From positions 378,464 through 442,463 of the forward strand of contig NIVC01000694.1 of NCBI GenBank assembly GCA_002269645.1: DNA of 64,000 nucleotides, read 5' to 3'. This document shows positions 21,796 through 34,618 of this stretch, piece by piece. Made by a program: the position numbers and the translations under genes. The stretch comes from Macrostomum lignano (lineage: Eukaryota). The notes beneath the pieces were generated by a model. That model made no database searches. It saw nothing but the letters and a program-made list of their open reading frames with translations, and had not been told where the DNA came from. The first letter of the stretch is position 1. Every line of letters starts with the position of its first letter.

Positions 21796-23114
21796 CCGTC
21801 ACCATCATTGCTGTTGTTGCTGCTGTTGAACCACGATGATGGCTCCGAAGCCGTCTTGGGCGGCGGCGGCGGCGGCGACTGCGAGGCAAACAGCGAATCA
21901 ACGTCAGCATCCATCAGAGCAGTCCACAATTCAGGGGTGAACTTGATCGAATATTTCCAGCGCTCGCCCTCATCGTACCCAGCCGGGTTGATGCGATGCA
22001 GCCAAATCTGGCTGTTTTTCACTTCCAGAATCTTGCGGCCGCTCTCACCCAGTTGAAACCGCTTATGACGAGAGTCGAGGACCCGCAGAGACTCAATAAT
22101 CGGCCACGCCCGCTTGAGATGCTGCCACTCAATGCGAGTCAGAAATACACCGGGGAAACCGTGCTTGTAGTTGCCGTTCTTGTCAGTGTAGAAACGCCGA
22201 ATCTCAATCAGTTCTCGATCAGTATCGAATGTGGGCTTGCGCACCACATAATTGTCAACAAGTGGAATAGACATTTTGACAGAGTTTCACGGAGATAGAT
22301 AGAGCTGATGCTGAGGTGTCGGAGCGAGCGAGCGCGAGAGAATTCTGAAAAATCTCTCAGCAGCGTGGTCCTTTATATACCCGAGAAAGCGGCTTTACTC
22401 TGAGGAGGTGAGGCTGCGGTCTTCATTTTTCGTTCCTACACCACTACCGGTTGGTTAGATGCACACACATCCAATTACAATCCATATGAGAACGAAAATA
22501 ATGGGGTATTTTCAGACCCCATCTTTTCTATACCAAGTTGGGGTCTGAGTGTACAATTGTACACTAATTTGCAAATGCAGTACAGGGGAAAGAGAAATAA
22601 TGCACACGCGCTCTCTGCTTTTGCAGCATCCCCTTCCTGCAGGGGTATATAAAGGAGATTGTAGGAGCATCACCAGTCACAGCCGCTTCCGCAGCATCAG
22701 CATCAGCCACAATCACACCAGCAGCAGCAGCAGAAGCATGGCATCAAAACGTTCAGCCGCTGAAGCCGCCATTTCAGCCTTGTGGGGGCGAGCAGGCCCC
22801 TCACAACAATAGCAGCAGCAAAAAGCGGATTGGAAGACCTGATGTCTATCTGCCGGGTCAACTGGGCCAGGAAATGGGACGACCTGCGGAGAACTGATGT
22901 TGGATCGCTTAGATGGAAACTGGCCACGACCCCTGTGAGACAAAGACTCAACAAGAAAGGATGGAGAGTTCAGGCGATGAGTATCCTTGAAGAGGCCCAA
23001 GCGATGGAAGTTAACAGGGAGCCGGGAGTGATGAACCCACCGCCCTGGAGTACTTGGAGGGAAACGGTGTTCAACTTAGCGGCGGGCAGATTTGAGTCAA
23101 CGGAAGACGACCTA

Positions 23115-24862
23115 CCCGGGTACGCAAAAAGTATCCGGACACTTGCATGTGTTGCAGAGAAGGACAGATAAATATGCACGTGTTGTACCCAAAATCAATG
23201 AATTTTCACATCGCAATTTAATGCAACAAATTGTCGTAGCTTGTTTTTCAGCAAAGTGGCCAATGCAACAGGTCGGTCTATTTTCACCTGGAAAGGTGAT
23301 AATGGCTTAATTAAAGGTAGATGACGTAAATCGCGAAATTTCAAGCTCGTGTTCGATTTAACAACGTAAAAACGAATTTTTTCTAAAATGCGAACAAGAG
23401 AAACGTAACGCGGGCAGTGAGCAACAAAAGTGAAACTTAATTTAAAGAAGCGGTCGCTTTTTCTAACAGAGTTCAAGATCGTCAGACTTCCTCGAATCAA
23501 TCACCTGGCCCACTTGCTGAAATGTGCTGCTCAAATGGTTCCAACAAGCGGCTCTGCATGCCAGACTCGATTTAATCCACGATTGGAGAACCTCCTTGGG
23601 CAATCACCTTCTCAAGACGACCACGAAACGCTTTGCAGCATCTCACCAGATATTCCGGAGTCAGCTCTGATTCCCAAGCCTCATGAATGGCAGATCTCAG
23701 CGAGTCCAGGGACGTGTGGAAGCTTCTGCAGGCCCGCTTGTCAACCTGGTTCCAGATCGAAAATCCAGGGGATTTAGATCCGGTGAGTAGGCTGGCCAGT
23801 CCTCCTTCAGCCAGACGCGCTTGCGCCCGAAGTGAGCGCTGAGCCAGGCCTGCACGTCATTGCGAGTGTGTGCTGGAGCCGAGTCCTGCTGGAAGCGAGA
23901 GTTCCAGCCATCTGCAAAACTGCCATCCGGCCGCACCCTGTCAGGATAGTTACTGCGAATCCAGTGCAGCACTTTCTGGAGCACATCAAGGTACCCGTCT
24001 CCATTCAGTCGGTACCCCTTGTCAAAAAATATTGGCTGCATTTTCTTGCCATCAAAAGCGACGAGGCCGAAGACCATGATGGTTGCCGGGTGCTTCATCT
24101 GTGGCGAGTTGAAGGCGTCCCGCTCCTCACTGCTCCTGGCCAGCACGCGCGAAGAGCTGTGATTCCGGTAGGGTGTCTGCGTGAAGTTCTTTTCATCCGT
24201 GAAGAAGATGACTTCAACTCCGGGAGAGGTCTTGAGGTCATTCAGGAGCCTCCGTGACCGTTGAACCCGAAGCCCCAGCTGATCCGCGTTCAGCATGGGG
24301 ATCTCCCTCTGCACGAAGCTCCTGACGCCCATCTCCCGAAATGCATTGCGGACATTGCTCTCATGCACTCCTTCCTCTCGGGCAATTTGCCTCATCGTCT
24401 TCGTTGGGTCTTCTGCCCGCTTGGCTTCGAGGTTGGCCATGAAGTCTGGTGTCCGGACTGTCCGCGGCCGTCCCGATTTCTCCTTCGGTTCCAGGCTGTC
24501 GCCAGAATCCAGCAGCTTCTTCCAATCACCGACGGTGCTCTTCCCTACTGATTACTTCTCAGCACACATTCGCACGCTCATTCCAGAAGTCAAGTCGGTA
24601 GCGACACGCTTCTTGAGATCCAAGGAATAGCTTGCCATTTTGTGACAACTTGGGGTGGCAAATCCGCGGATTGAAAACGAAGCTTTCGAAATAAAAGGAT
24701 GAACAGCATGAGTCCATTTTGCATATCAGGGTTAAAATTCCAGGCAGAAGTTGGGCCATAGACATATTATACAAATGATGCTTTAAATTCTCGGAGTATG
24801 TCAAACTCTCGGAAAGCAAAGCCAACAAGATTTTGTCCGGATACCTTTTGCGCAAAAAAGCG
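23115..24862 (-). mobile_element. Tc1/mariner-superfamily DNA transposon (maT-like motif)
   Basis: TA at 23113-23114 and 24863-24864; inner TIR cgcaaaa(a/g)gtatccggaca at both ends (the outer ~8 bp differ); excision restores the host retroelement frame. Confidence 0.85.
23531..24638 (-). pseudogene. Transposase with a premature TAA (24552-24554) and a -1 frameshift near 23760
   Basis: HTH MASYSLDLKKRV..SGRPRT; catalytic IFFTDEK, FQQDSAPAHT, WPAYSPDLNPLD; the C-terminus continues in a shifted frame (IWNQVDKRAC..LRSAIHEAWE). Confidence 0.9.
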
Positions 24863-25869
24863 TAAAGGTAATTCTCGCAAAGGACATCGAAGAGAAAGCT
24901 ACCCTTGATGCTGATGTGGTTCTCTACACTGACGGTTCCGTTAGAATTGACAAATTCGGGGGCGGGGGCGTCCTGGTCAAATGGAGCAAAGGGCCAGACA
25001 CGGAAGAAAAACACATGGTGCCAGCTGGGAAGTGGTGTTCCTCGTGCACGGCGGAGCTGACGGCGCTGGAAGAGGCCTGCAGCTGGCTCTGCAGGCAGGA
25101 AAGAAGCTGGCAGAAGGCGGCTATACTCACTGACAGCGCGAGCGCCCTGAAGGGTATTTTTGGAAACAGCAAACACCCGCGCGCAGGTGAGATCAGATGG
25201 AAGCTGGAAGCGCTGAAGGAGAGAGGTAAGATTGTCGAGCTTGCCTGGATCCCAGCGCACTGCGGGCTGCCAGGAAATGAGGAGGCTGACAAAGCGGCTG
25301 CGGCAGCCTGCGAGGAGGACCAGCAAGAGGCGAGGGTGGACAAGAACGCTGTGCGGCAGGCGATCAAGGCGGCAGAAGCAGAGAGAGCTAAAAAAGCTGG
25401 ATGGGCGCACCCGCGCTGCGAAAAGACCTACAGCGGCAACCGAACTACCATTAAGAAGACCACCTTTGAAAGCAGAGGAGACGCCACCAGCTTCAGGAGA
25501 GCTAGAACTGGCCACTCGCTCGAACTGGCGGGCTACCAAAAAAGACTGGGCAAAGAAACGGACGGCATCTGTAGAGGCTGCGGGCTTGAGGAGGAAAGCA
25601 TCGAGCATGTCAGTGACTGCCCAGCCACCTACTGGAAAAGACAGGAGTTCGGCATCCAGACTCTTGGTGACTGGTGGACGGAGGAGAAGGCGGCGCACGC
25701 CTTCTGGAAGTGGTGGAAGAGGAATGGCATAGGCACAGCTTGATCCGGCAACAACAACAACAACAACAGCAGCAGCAGCAGCAGCAGCAGCAACAGCAAC
25801 AACAGCATCAGCCTCCGGCCGCAAAGAGGGGACGCCCGCTAGGTGAGTCTCTGCGTGTGTAAAACTATG

Positions 25870-26390
25870 CTTTTAGCATTTGCAAAATCTGAATTCAGAA
25901 AAATAGGGCTGTATAATTGCTTCAGCATTTGTGTGATTTGCAAATTTTTTCGCTAGTTGAAATATGGGCTTTCTTTGAAACCACTGCTTTCCATCTTTAG
26001 CATTCATTATGGCTTAAAATTTCTGTAATTGCTTTTCAGCTTTAGCATTTGTGTGATTTGCAAACTTCACGCTTGTTGAAATATGGGCTTTCTTTGAAAC
26101 CACTGCTTTCCATCTTTAGTATTCATTATGGCTTAAAATTTCTGTAATTGCTTTTCAGCTTTAGCATTTGTGTGATTTGCAAACTTCACGCTTGTTGAAA
26201 TATGGGCTTTCTTTGAAACCACTGCTTTCCATCTTTAGCATTCATTATGGCTTAAAATTTCTGTAATTGCTTTTCAGCTTTAGCATTTGTGTGATTTGCA
26301 AACTTCACGCTTGTTGAAATATGGGCTTTCTTTGAAACCACTGCTTTTCATCTTTAGCATTCATTTTGGCTTAAAATTTCTGAATTTCCT
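25870..26390. repeat. ~119-bp tandem repeat (about 4 copies) inside polB intron 1
   Basis: tttagcatttgtgtgatttgcaaa recurs at 26041, 26160 and 26279, plus a variant at ~25920. Confidence 0.92.
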
Positions 26391-29300
26391 CTTGACATAG
26401 ATGTTGAAGTAAAGGGAGGAAACTGGAAACAGGAAACTGAATTTACTGGAACTGGTTATTTCTGTACTCTGCGCGGACCTACACACCAATGATTTTGTTA
26501 CGGCCAAGCTGACTGCCGATAATATGCTACTCACTATTAACGTGCCGCCCGTCCGCCGCAGCCGCTTCACAGCAGAGTTGGTATTTAAACATACGCTCGT
26601 ATCAACAAGGTTCTGCAGTCGGACTCCAGTGTCTTGGGCAACAACTACCTCTTCCTGCCTAGGTTGTTTTTGAACCAAATCACAAAGGAACGTTACTGAC
26701 GAAACAATTAAGAATGTAGAATGCAAAGCCTATAATTGTCAGAAAACAAGAAAACCTAGAATACTCATGGTAAGCAGTGCTTACCATATCCGGCAAGAAC
26801 GGATACTACCAATTTAGCCATAGAATTTAATTTACTCTGGTCGGCAGAAAGTTGAGTTGGGCCATGGTAAGCACTGCTTACCATCAGTCTTCTCGTGGTT
26901 TTAAATTGTTTTTGCTCAAGGCCTGGGTCCCGCGGGGCGGCTGTGGCAGCCTAGATGCGGCGGAGCGCCACATCCAGGCACGCCATTCAATGGGGCGCAA
27001 CTACGTGGTCATCGCCAACAGCGATAAGCGGTGCCTCATCCGGGCGCTGGTGGTGGCCAAGGCCTTTGCCGATCTGGAGGCCAAGGCCATCACCAAGCAG
27101 ACTTGGCGGACCATCAAAGCCGACTCCCCACTGCAGACGAAGCTGACTGGGGAACTACAAATTGCCGCCAATCCGTATTCGGTGAGTAAAAATTATCTTG
27201 CACATTTTAATTTGCATTTTTATTAATATACAAATGTTATAGTCTTTATCAACCATTGCACAGGACGGGCCTTTCGGGGTTGACGTGCTCCCCCAACTGC
27301 TCGCGGTCCTGAACGCCCAGTCGCCAGGCCGGGATTTCGGCGTTCGTGTGTACAGCGCGGAGGAGGGCAATACATGTGTGTACACCCTGCCTGGCAGCAC
27401 AGTGCTCAATCTACACCTAATTGGCGAGCACTTTAACGCGGTGTGCAAGGTGCCGCCATTTTTCGGTGCCCGTTACTATTGTGACCGCTGCCAGCAGCCG
27501 TACGACTGCAACTCTGCAGGGCACAAGTGCGCCAACACCTGCCCTCAATGCAAAGTGCCCGGCGCCAATTGCAAGAGCCTGCGGTGCGACTACAAACGAT
27601 GCCCAGACTGCGGATTGAAATGTTACAATCCGCAGTGTTTTGAGAACCACCGCCAGAAAAACCGGGCCGGCAGGTCTCGCTGTAGCTCCACCCGCGTCTG
27701 CCCCAAATGCGGGTATTTGGAGGAGTTAAAAGCCGGCCAGAAGGAGCCGGATCACAAGTGTGGGCATGTCAAGTGCCCACTGTGTAAACAGTATGACGAG
27801 GCCGGCTCGCATTTGTGCTTCGTCAAGGCTCCCAAAGTGAAAGCATCGACTATGCCGTACGTGTTCTACGATACGGAAACATACACGGATGATGAGAAGC
27901 AGCATCACGTGCACCTGGTGACTGCCGTCACGTGCTGCGAGACCTGCTCCGGCCGGGCATTTCCACGCGAGACTTGCAGCCTCTGCAATGGCCTGCATAG
28001 CACTGCCAACTGTCTGACTGGCCGCGATCTGGGGGAGGAATTCTCCAATTGCGTCAGCCACTCAGACTGCGCCTGCCAAATGGCTGACTTTGTGGCTGTG
28101 GGCTCGGCCTCGCTGAATCCTTTTTTCGCCTGGCTAAGCACCACATTCCGAGGCGGCGCCATTGTTGTCGCGCATAATGCATCAGGCTATGATGCGTTTC
28201 TACTGCTTGGCGCTCTGCTCAACGGCCTGGCCAAGAAGCGGCCCCAAGTGTTGTTCCAGGGCAGCCGGCTAATGAGCATGACGGTTGACAAATTGGTGTT
28301 TAAAGATTCTCTAAACTTTATACCAATCCCGCTTGCGCAATTCCCTAAAGCTCTGGGGCTCGAGGACACAAAGCTGGCCAAGGGGACCTTTCCCCACCAG
28401 TTCAACAAGCCGGCTCATTGGAACTACGTTGGCCCCTACCCGACTATTGATTATTATGGCGGCAAGGCAAACAAGGACTACGGCTCCATCTGTGCTTGGC
28501 TGGCCTCGTGACAGGGCGAGTTGTTCAACTTTAATCAGGAATATCTCGATTATTGTTTGAGCGACACGGTGCTGCTTCGCGAGGGCTGCATCAAGTACAG
28601 GGCAATAATTGGTGAAATTTGCGACGGCCTGGAACCGTTTGTACAGGCCAATACGATTGCCAGTTTGGCAATGGCTGTTTTCACCACCCGGTTTATGGAG
28701 CCCAACTCGGTCGGCGTGATTGCCCGGCAGGCTGACCAGCAGCCGTTCAAGGCGCGCAAGTGGCTGGCCTATTTGAATGCCACCGAATTTGGCGGGCGAC
28801 TGCGCACCTGCGACTCGACTGACGGCGGCGAGGCTGTCATTCTCGGCCGCAAGGTGGACGGCTTCGATGAGGCTAGCAACACTGTTTTGCAGTTTCATGG
28901 CTGTTTCTACCATGGCTGCGAGCAGTGTATGCCCGATCAGGATGCTGTCCACCCACTCAAGCGGCAGCCTCTGAGCCATATAAGCCACGAGACTGAGTGG
29001 TTCACTCGCGAGTTGGAGCGGCACAATTACAGTGTTCGTGTCATTTGGGAGCACGAATACACTGTATTGGCAACGCAGGCAGATTTTATCGCCGCAACTG
29101 CCCATCTGCGCGCTCCGCTCAAGATGGAGGATGCGCTCTACGGCGGCCGCGTAGAGTGTTTTATCCCGCATGCTGTGGCCAGCGAGACTGAGACTCTCAA
29201 AATCGGGATGTGGTGAGTAGTGATACTACTAATGTAGTAGAATATTTTGCAAAAAATACAGTTTATGAAAAATAATGCTTTATTTCAACTGGCAAGTCTC

Positions 29301-30850
29301 TCTGTACCCGACGGTGCAGTCGAAAGACCCGTACCCGATTGGCCACCCGGTGAACCACCCGACGCCGCAAGTGCTCGATTCTGACGCGCTGGCCAGCTAC
29401 TTTGGCATTGCCAAAGTGACAGTGCTGCCGCCGTCAAACTTGCATATTCCGCTGCTGCCCTACAGGGTGCAAAAGAAGCTCTTTTTTGGGCTTTGCCGCA
29501 CCTGTATGGAGCAGCAGCAGCAGTGCAGCGGTTGCCACCACTCATACGAGGAACGGGCGCTGACTGGCACCTGGGCCATGCCGGAGCTGCGAAAGGCGTT
29601 CCAGTTGGGCTACCGGCTGCAGGTGGTGCACGCGCTGGCCTACTGGACAGAGCAGCGGACCGGCCTGTTCAGTGACTACGTCGGCGCCTTCCTCAAATTG
29701 AAGGCCGAGTCGAGCGGCTCCCCCGGCATGTCGGATGAAGACAAGGCCGCCTACATTGCCGATTTTTACGCAAAGGAGGGCCTCACGCTGGACAAGGTCG
29801 AGCCCAACCCAGGACTTCGCTTTGTAGCGAAAATCTTTTTGAATTCGTAAGTATTCATAAATTGTTTTTTAAACGATTTCTTCTACTAAAAGTAACCAAT
29901 CTTTTCACAACACAGGCTCTGGGGCAAATTTTGTCAGCGTGATGACCTCACATCGACCGAAATTGTGTCCAGTTACGAGGACTGGCTCGCCCGGCTGACC
30001 GACCCCAACCTCAAATTCAAGGCCTGCGAACCGATTGGCAGCGAGTTTATGCTGCTGGAGTACCGGCACCGCTACTTTAATCAGCGGCCTTTCCGCTACT
30101 CCAACGTGCCAATCGGTGTTTTTACAACCACGCAGGCCCGGCTGTGCCTGTACGAGGCATTGGAGGGGCTCGGCGAACGGGCCATTTACTGCGACACTGA
30201 CTCGTAAGTATTGCTCTTACATGTAAATAGTTAGCATGTGGAACTAATTATCTCGTTTTTCTCTCTCCCCCACACAGGGTCGTTTACCGGCATTCCGAGG
30301 GCCAATGGGAGCCGCCCCATGGCACAAGCCTCGGAATGTGGACCGACGAAGTGCCTGCAGGCAGCCGGATGACCGACTTTGTAAGTGGGGGGCCCAAGCT
30401 CTACACTTACATTGTCGAGGATGCGGCCGGTGTCCGGAGCCAGGTCTTGAAATGCAAGGGCATTCGCCTGACTCCGGAGATACGGGAGCGCGGCGACGAC
30501 CTGCGCAACGCCCTGCTACACGGCGGCTCTCTGCAGCTGCCGCAGTTTCAGTTCAGGCGCGACAAGGCGTCTTGCACCATCCATACAATCAATATGGACA
30601 AGACGTTTCAGCGCGTCCTGACGAAACGTGTGTACGGGGCCTGCAGCCGGCCTTATGGCTATAAATAATGTGGTCCTTGCGACTAACTAATAAATGTCTT
30701 GTTAAATTTGACTGAGTAAAATCTATTTATTGTTGTACATATTTTGCATGTGTTGTACTCGCGACTCCCAGGACGGGGCACCTACGAGGGTCCGAGTACG
30801 CGGGCCCGTGCTGGCCTGCGTCAGGGCGCGAGTGTCCGCACGGGACCCTA

Positions 30851-31081
<231 letters not shown>

Positions 31082-31857
31082 TTACTTTGCTGGCAGTTGT
31101 TGCTCCGGGCTCAGGAAGAAGGCCTTTACTTTGTATTTTTCTTTATTCAACGAGGGGACTTGTATAGCTTGGGCTGTTTACTGGCTGTAGATATAGCTCC
31201 GTTGTAGAACCACGTGCCGAGGGGGCAGTCGAGGCGCGCACCGCTCCAACCCGCCGCGAGCGATGTTAAATAGCACACGCCCGCGGAGGGGGGGGAGGGC
31301 CACGTGCTCTCAACACCACCACCCCACCAACCCCCCAGCCAACCCCTCCCCCCCGGGGGACGGCCACCAAGCCCGCCGCCGGCTCAGCCAATCACTACGC
31401 GACTGGCTGGCCGCGGCCAATCGCCACGCAGGGCGAGCAAAACCTGCCAAGGCTAAAGCCTCTGACGCACAAAAAAGGGGGGAAAACAAACTGCCAACAC
31501 CTAATTGAGGGCTGACTCAGCCCGCCGGGCTAGGTGCATTGGCACCGCAAAAGTGCACAACACAACACATGTTAAATTAGTGAAGAGTTACAGACTACTA
31601 TACAAATGTACATAAAGCATTTTTGTATTGTATGCGGCGAAATTGCCAATGTAAAAATCTATTGTACATATTTTGCGTGTCAAACTTGTTTAAAATCATT
31701 TATGAAGAGAAAATTATTGAAAAACAATGTAAAATTTTCTGTATATTCTATTTGCTTGTAATGTTGTACATAAATTATTTCCTGTAATATGCTACTGATT
31801 TAATGTAAATATATCTTCTTTGAAAATAGTTTATATACGATGTGAGCTGTACAATTA

Positions 31858-32253
31858 GTTGACTCATTTGGATGAGATTGTACAACTGTACATGTAGTAG
31901 GGTTTCGAGTTGTAATCTTGGTGCGCGTGCGCGGGCCGTCTGGGGATTAATTAATGTATGCCACTGTACATGTAGAAGTGGATTAATGCACATGTATGTA
32001 CGAGCTCGTACTGCGTATAGAATTGGGGATAGACATGGACAATTGAGATAGATAGGGATTAATGTACATGGAATTAATGTACATATATGAGTACATGGAT
32101 TAATGTACATATACGACTACATATTGCCATGTATATAACGCTTAATTAGCGTTTTTATATACTACTTACTTCATTTTTCAGATAGTAGTATAATTTGCGT
32201 TTTTAGCGTCAAATCTGCCTAAAAATCAACACTTATCTACGCATTACGTAGTA
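31858..32253 (-). repeat. Right terminal inverted repeat
   Basis: Reverse complement of 13834-14212; ends ...ctacgcattacgtagta. Confidence 0.95.
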
Positions 32254-32626
32254 GGACTTACTAAGCATTACGGGAAATATCATTCAGCAACATCGAAAAG
32301 TCGCAACCACATAAGATTCCGTCGCCTGTGGTCGCCACTTTTGAGAGTGCAGGTAAAGTCTCTCAATCTTTGCGAGTATCGCAACTCAGCTACGCCGCGG
32401 CAGACTTGAGTTGAGGAATGAAGTTGGGGAGCGATGTGCGAAGGTTGGACGGATTAAAGCTACCCCGATCAGTTTTCTCGTGTCTTTTATTTCAGAATAG
32501 TCCAAGAGAAATTATTGCTCACTGGCGCATAGAGTGGTGACTGAGTGGAGTGCTGAGTGTAAACTCGGGCTCTTCGCCTACGGGCACAATGCACTGCGGG
32601 CAAATCTGGGCGGGCAGTTCGTCTGC

Positions 32627-32975
32627 GGTCAACGGCGCAGAAGTTGGGGTCAACGGCGTAGGAGGCGAGGTCAACGGCGTAGGAGACGAGGTCAACGGCG
32701 CTGAAGGCGAGGTCAACAGCGCAGAAGGCGAGGTCAACGGCACAGAAGGCGAGGTCAACAGCGCAGAAGGCGAGGTCAACAGCGCAGAAGGCGAGGTCAA
32801 CGGCGCAGAAGGCGAGGTCAGCAGCGCAGAAGGCGAGTTCAACGGCGCAGAAGGCGAGGTCAACGGCGCAGGAGGCGAGTTCAACGGCGCAGGAGACGGG
32901 GTCAACGGCGCAGGAGATGGGGTCAACGGCGCAAGAGATGGGGTCAACGGCGCAGGAGATGGGGTCAACGGCGTA
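32627..32975. repeat. 21-bp minisatellite, copy B (longer than copy A)
   Basis: Same unit as 2269-2520. Confidence 0.95.
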
Positions 32976-34618
32976 GGAGGCTGCAGATCTTCCGGTGATG
33001 AGGCGACTTTTGATTCAGCATCGCAGCGAGTTCCCCTCTGGCATGGCACCCAGCGTTTTGCGGTAGGACAGCCCGGATCTGCCAGCTGAACGCGGGACTG
33101 CCATGCAGATGCCGCTGGTCTGCGCGCACGATTTGCAGCCCCGCTGCCGAGTGTCCTGAAAATGAAGTGAGGAGGCGGAATCGCAGCTACACAACATGTA
33201 CATGCGAAAGGATGTCAAAAGCACACATTCTGTCTGATCAAATGACTTGTATACATGATTTATTGAAAATTTCACGCTACAAGTGCGCAGTTTTGCCTGG
33301 TCTGGCCTGGTTCTGTTTGTTTCGAGTTGGGAGGTCTGGCCTGTCCCGGCTTGGTTGTGTTGCTTTTTTTGTCTTTTGTTGAGTCGGGGCTGACGTTTCT
33401 CTGTGGCCCAAACACATTATTATTGTTATTAACCAGATACCAGACCAGATATTAGTATTATTATTATTATTATTATAAGCTCAGAGGCGCTACTTAATCA
33501 CAGCAGAGAGCTTAGCACAAGTGACCACCTGTGGTAACTGCCTACAAGGTACGGTGTTACGTAAGCCTATTCAGCTCCAACATGTGCTGTCCCACTAGGT
33601 CCATTTTTTAGCAGTTTAAGTAATTAAAATGAAAAAGAGTGTGCGGTATCTACAATCCTGCACGCTGTTTTGAGTGAGAACCTGCTCAGCATTGCTTGTG
33701 ATAGAGATATACGAGTAGAGATACTGACAGTTGCTGCTGACTCGTGTTTTGCTTTCAATTAATTGCAATTGAACCGAAAGCGTATCAAAAAGCACGCTCT
33801 CTTTCTACCATCTTTACGACAGTAGATACTACGAAGTAATTTCTGTTGCCTGATATACGAAGACATTGTGGATGCAGCCTGACTGTGCCGTTTACCAGTC
33901 TTAATAACAATTATTTCACTTTACAACTTTATAGTTTAGAGACGTGTTCAGTTTTTTGTGCGTTTATAGTTTAGCGTGTGTACCTGTACAGATTTGAGGA
34001 GTGTGTGCATATACAGGGTTGAGTGTGTACGTGTACAGGGTTGACTGTGTACACGTACACATCCGGAAGCTGCATCAGCATCTACGAGCCGAGGCGAGGA
34101 AAGCGTAATGCTTCATTCCGTATGACTGGAGGCGATGGCGCAGAAAGGAGCACTGGAGCCATCACGTCCTCTTTTCTGATTGCTTTCCTGAGAAGCTCTG
34201 CGCATCAGCCTTGACCAAAATCAGAGATCTCAACGGATTAGTTGCCTCTACCACTCCCAGTCCCTGTTGCGCCCCTTCACCAGAACCCACTATCAAAGCG
34301 CGCTCCCCAGGTTCTAGGCGCTCCCGCTACACAAGAACCAGCATCGACCTGCAAGGAAGTTGCCGATATAGTCGCCGTCGAGATGTTCAACGGTTTCGTG
34401 TGATCCCGTTTTATAGGATGTCGGACTGCAAACAACGACAGGCTCCGTAGCAGCTCTGAGACTTTGCGCCCGATTAAGCAGCAGCCGGACTCGGCTGTAA
34501 AATTTAGAAGGCGCCGAGACCTCTCTGAAACAGTTTCCTAACTTTACAAATCCGACATGCCGTGAACATATGGAAACACATCTGTTATTTATTTCAGGGC
34601 AGCAATCAAAGTCTGCTT

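Larger units (their letters stand above)
16965..22274 (-). pseudogene. PC4/p15-like ssDNA-binding protein gene (two tandem PC4-like folds plus a C-terminal extension, ~266 aa), split by a retrotransposon
   Basis: IEIRRFYTDKNGNYKHGFPGVFLTRIEWQHL matches the PC4 motif; removing 17298-21795 and one TSD copy joins 22274-21796 in frame to 17283-16965 (NDGD-G-EGSRRRS...MCVE*). Confidence 0.8.
22821..25760 (+). mobile_element. 5'-truncated Ingi-like non-LTR element (linker, RNase H, Zn motif) inserted in the polyQ tract of polB exon 1
   Basis: 22821-23114 and 24865-25743 join in frame (FESTEDDL-KVILAKDIEEK...VLYTDGS); stop followed by a (CAA)n tail; candidate TSD caacaa(t/c)agcagcagca at 22804-22820 and 25761-25777. 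Confidence 0.8.
22738..30668 (+). pseudogene. polB: Protein-primed family B DNA polymerase (Polinton/adintovirus type) with at least 6 introns and a VSR-like nuclease insert; disrupted
   Basis: N-terminal INKVLQS and N.DKRCLIRALVVAKA; exonuclease FYDTET, AHNASGYD, FKDSLNF; VSR-like LQFHGCFYHG; YGGRVE, SLYP, KIFLNS/LWGKF, YCDTDS, FVSGGPKLY, KCKGIRL, KR..PYGY. In-frame TGA at 28509, TAG at 22810, frameshifts and nested retroelement. Confidence 0.93.

Noticed and set aside
22782-23171. Independent 129-aa gene
   Set aside because: It is the linker region of the truncated Ingi-like element, running into the Tc1 TIR; it joins 24865 onward in frame after excision.
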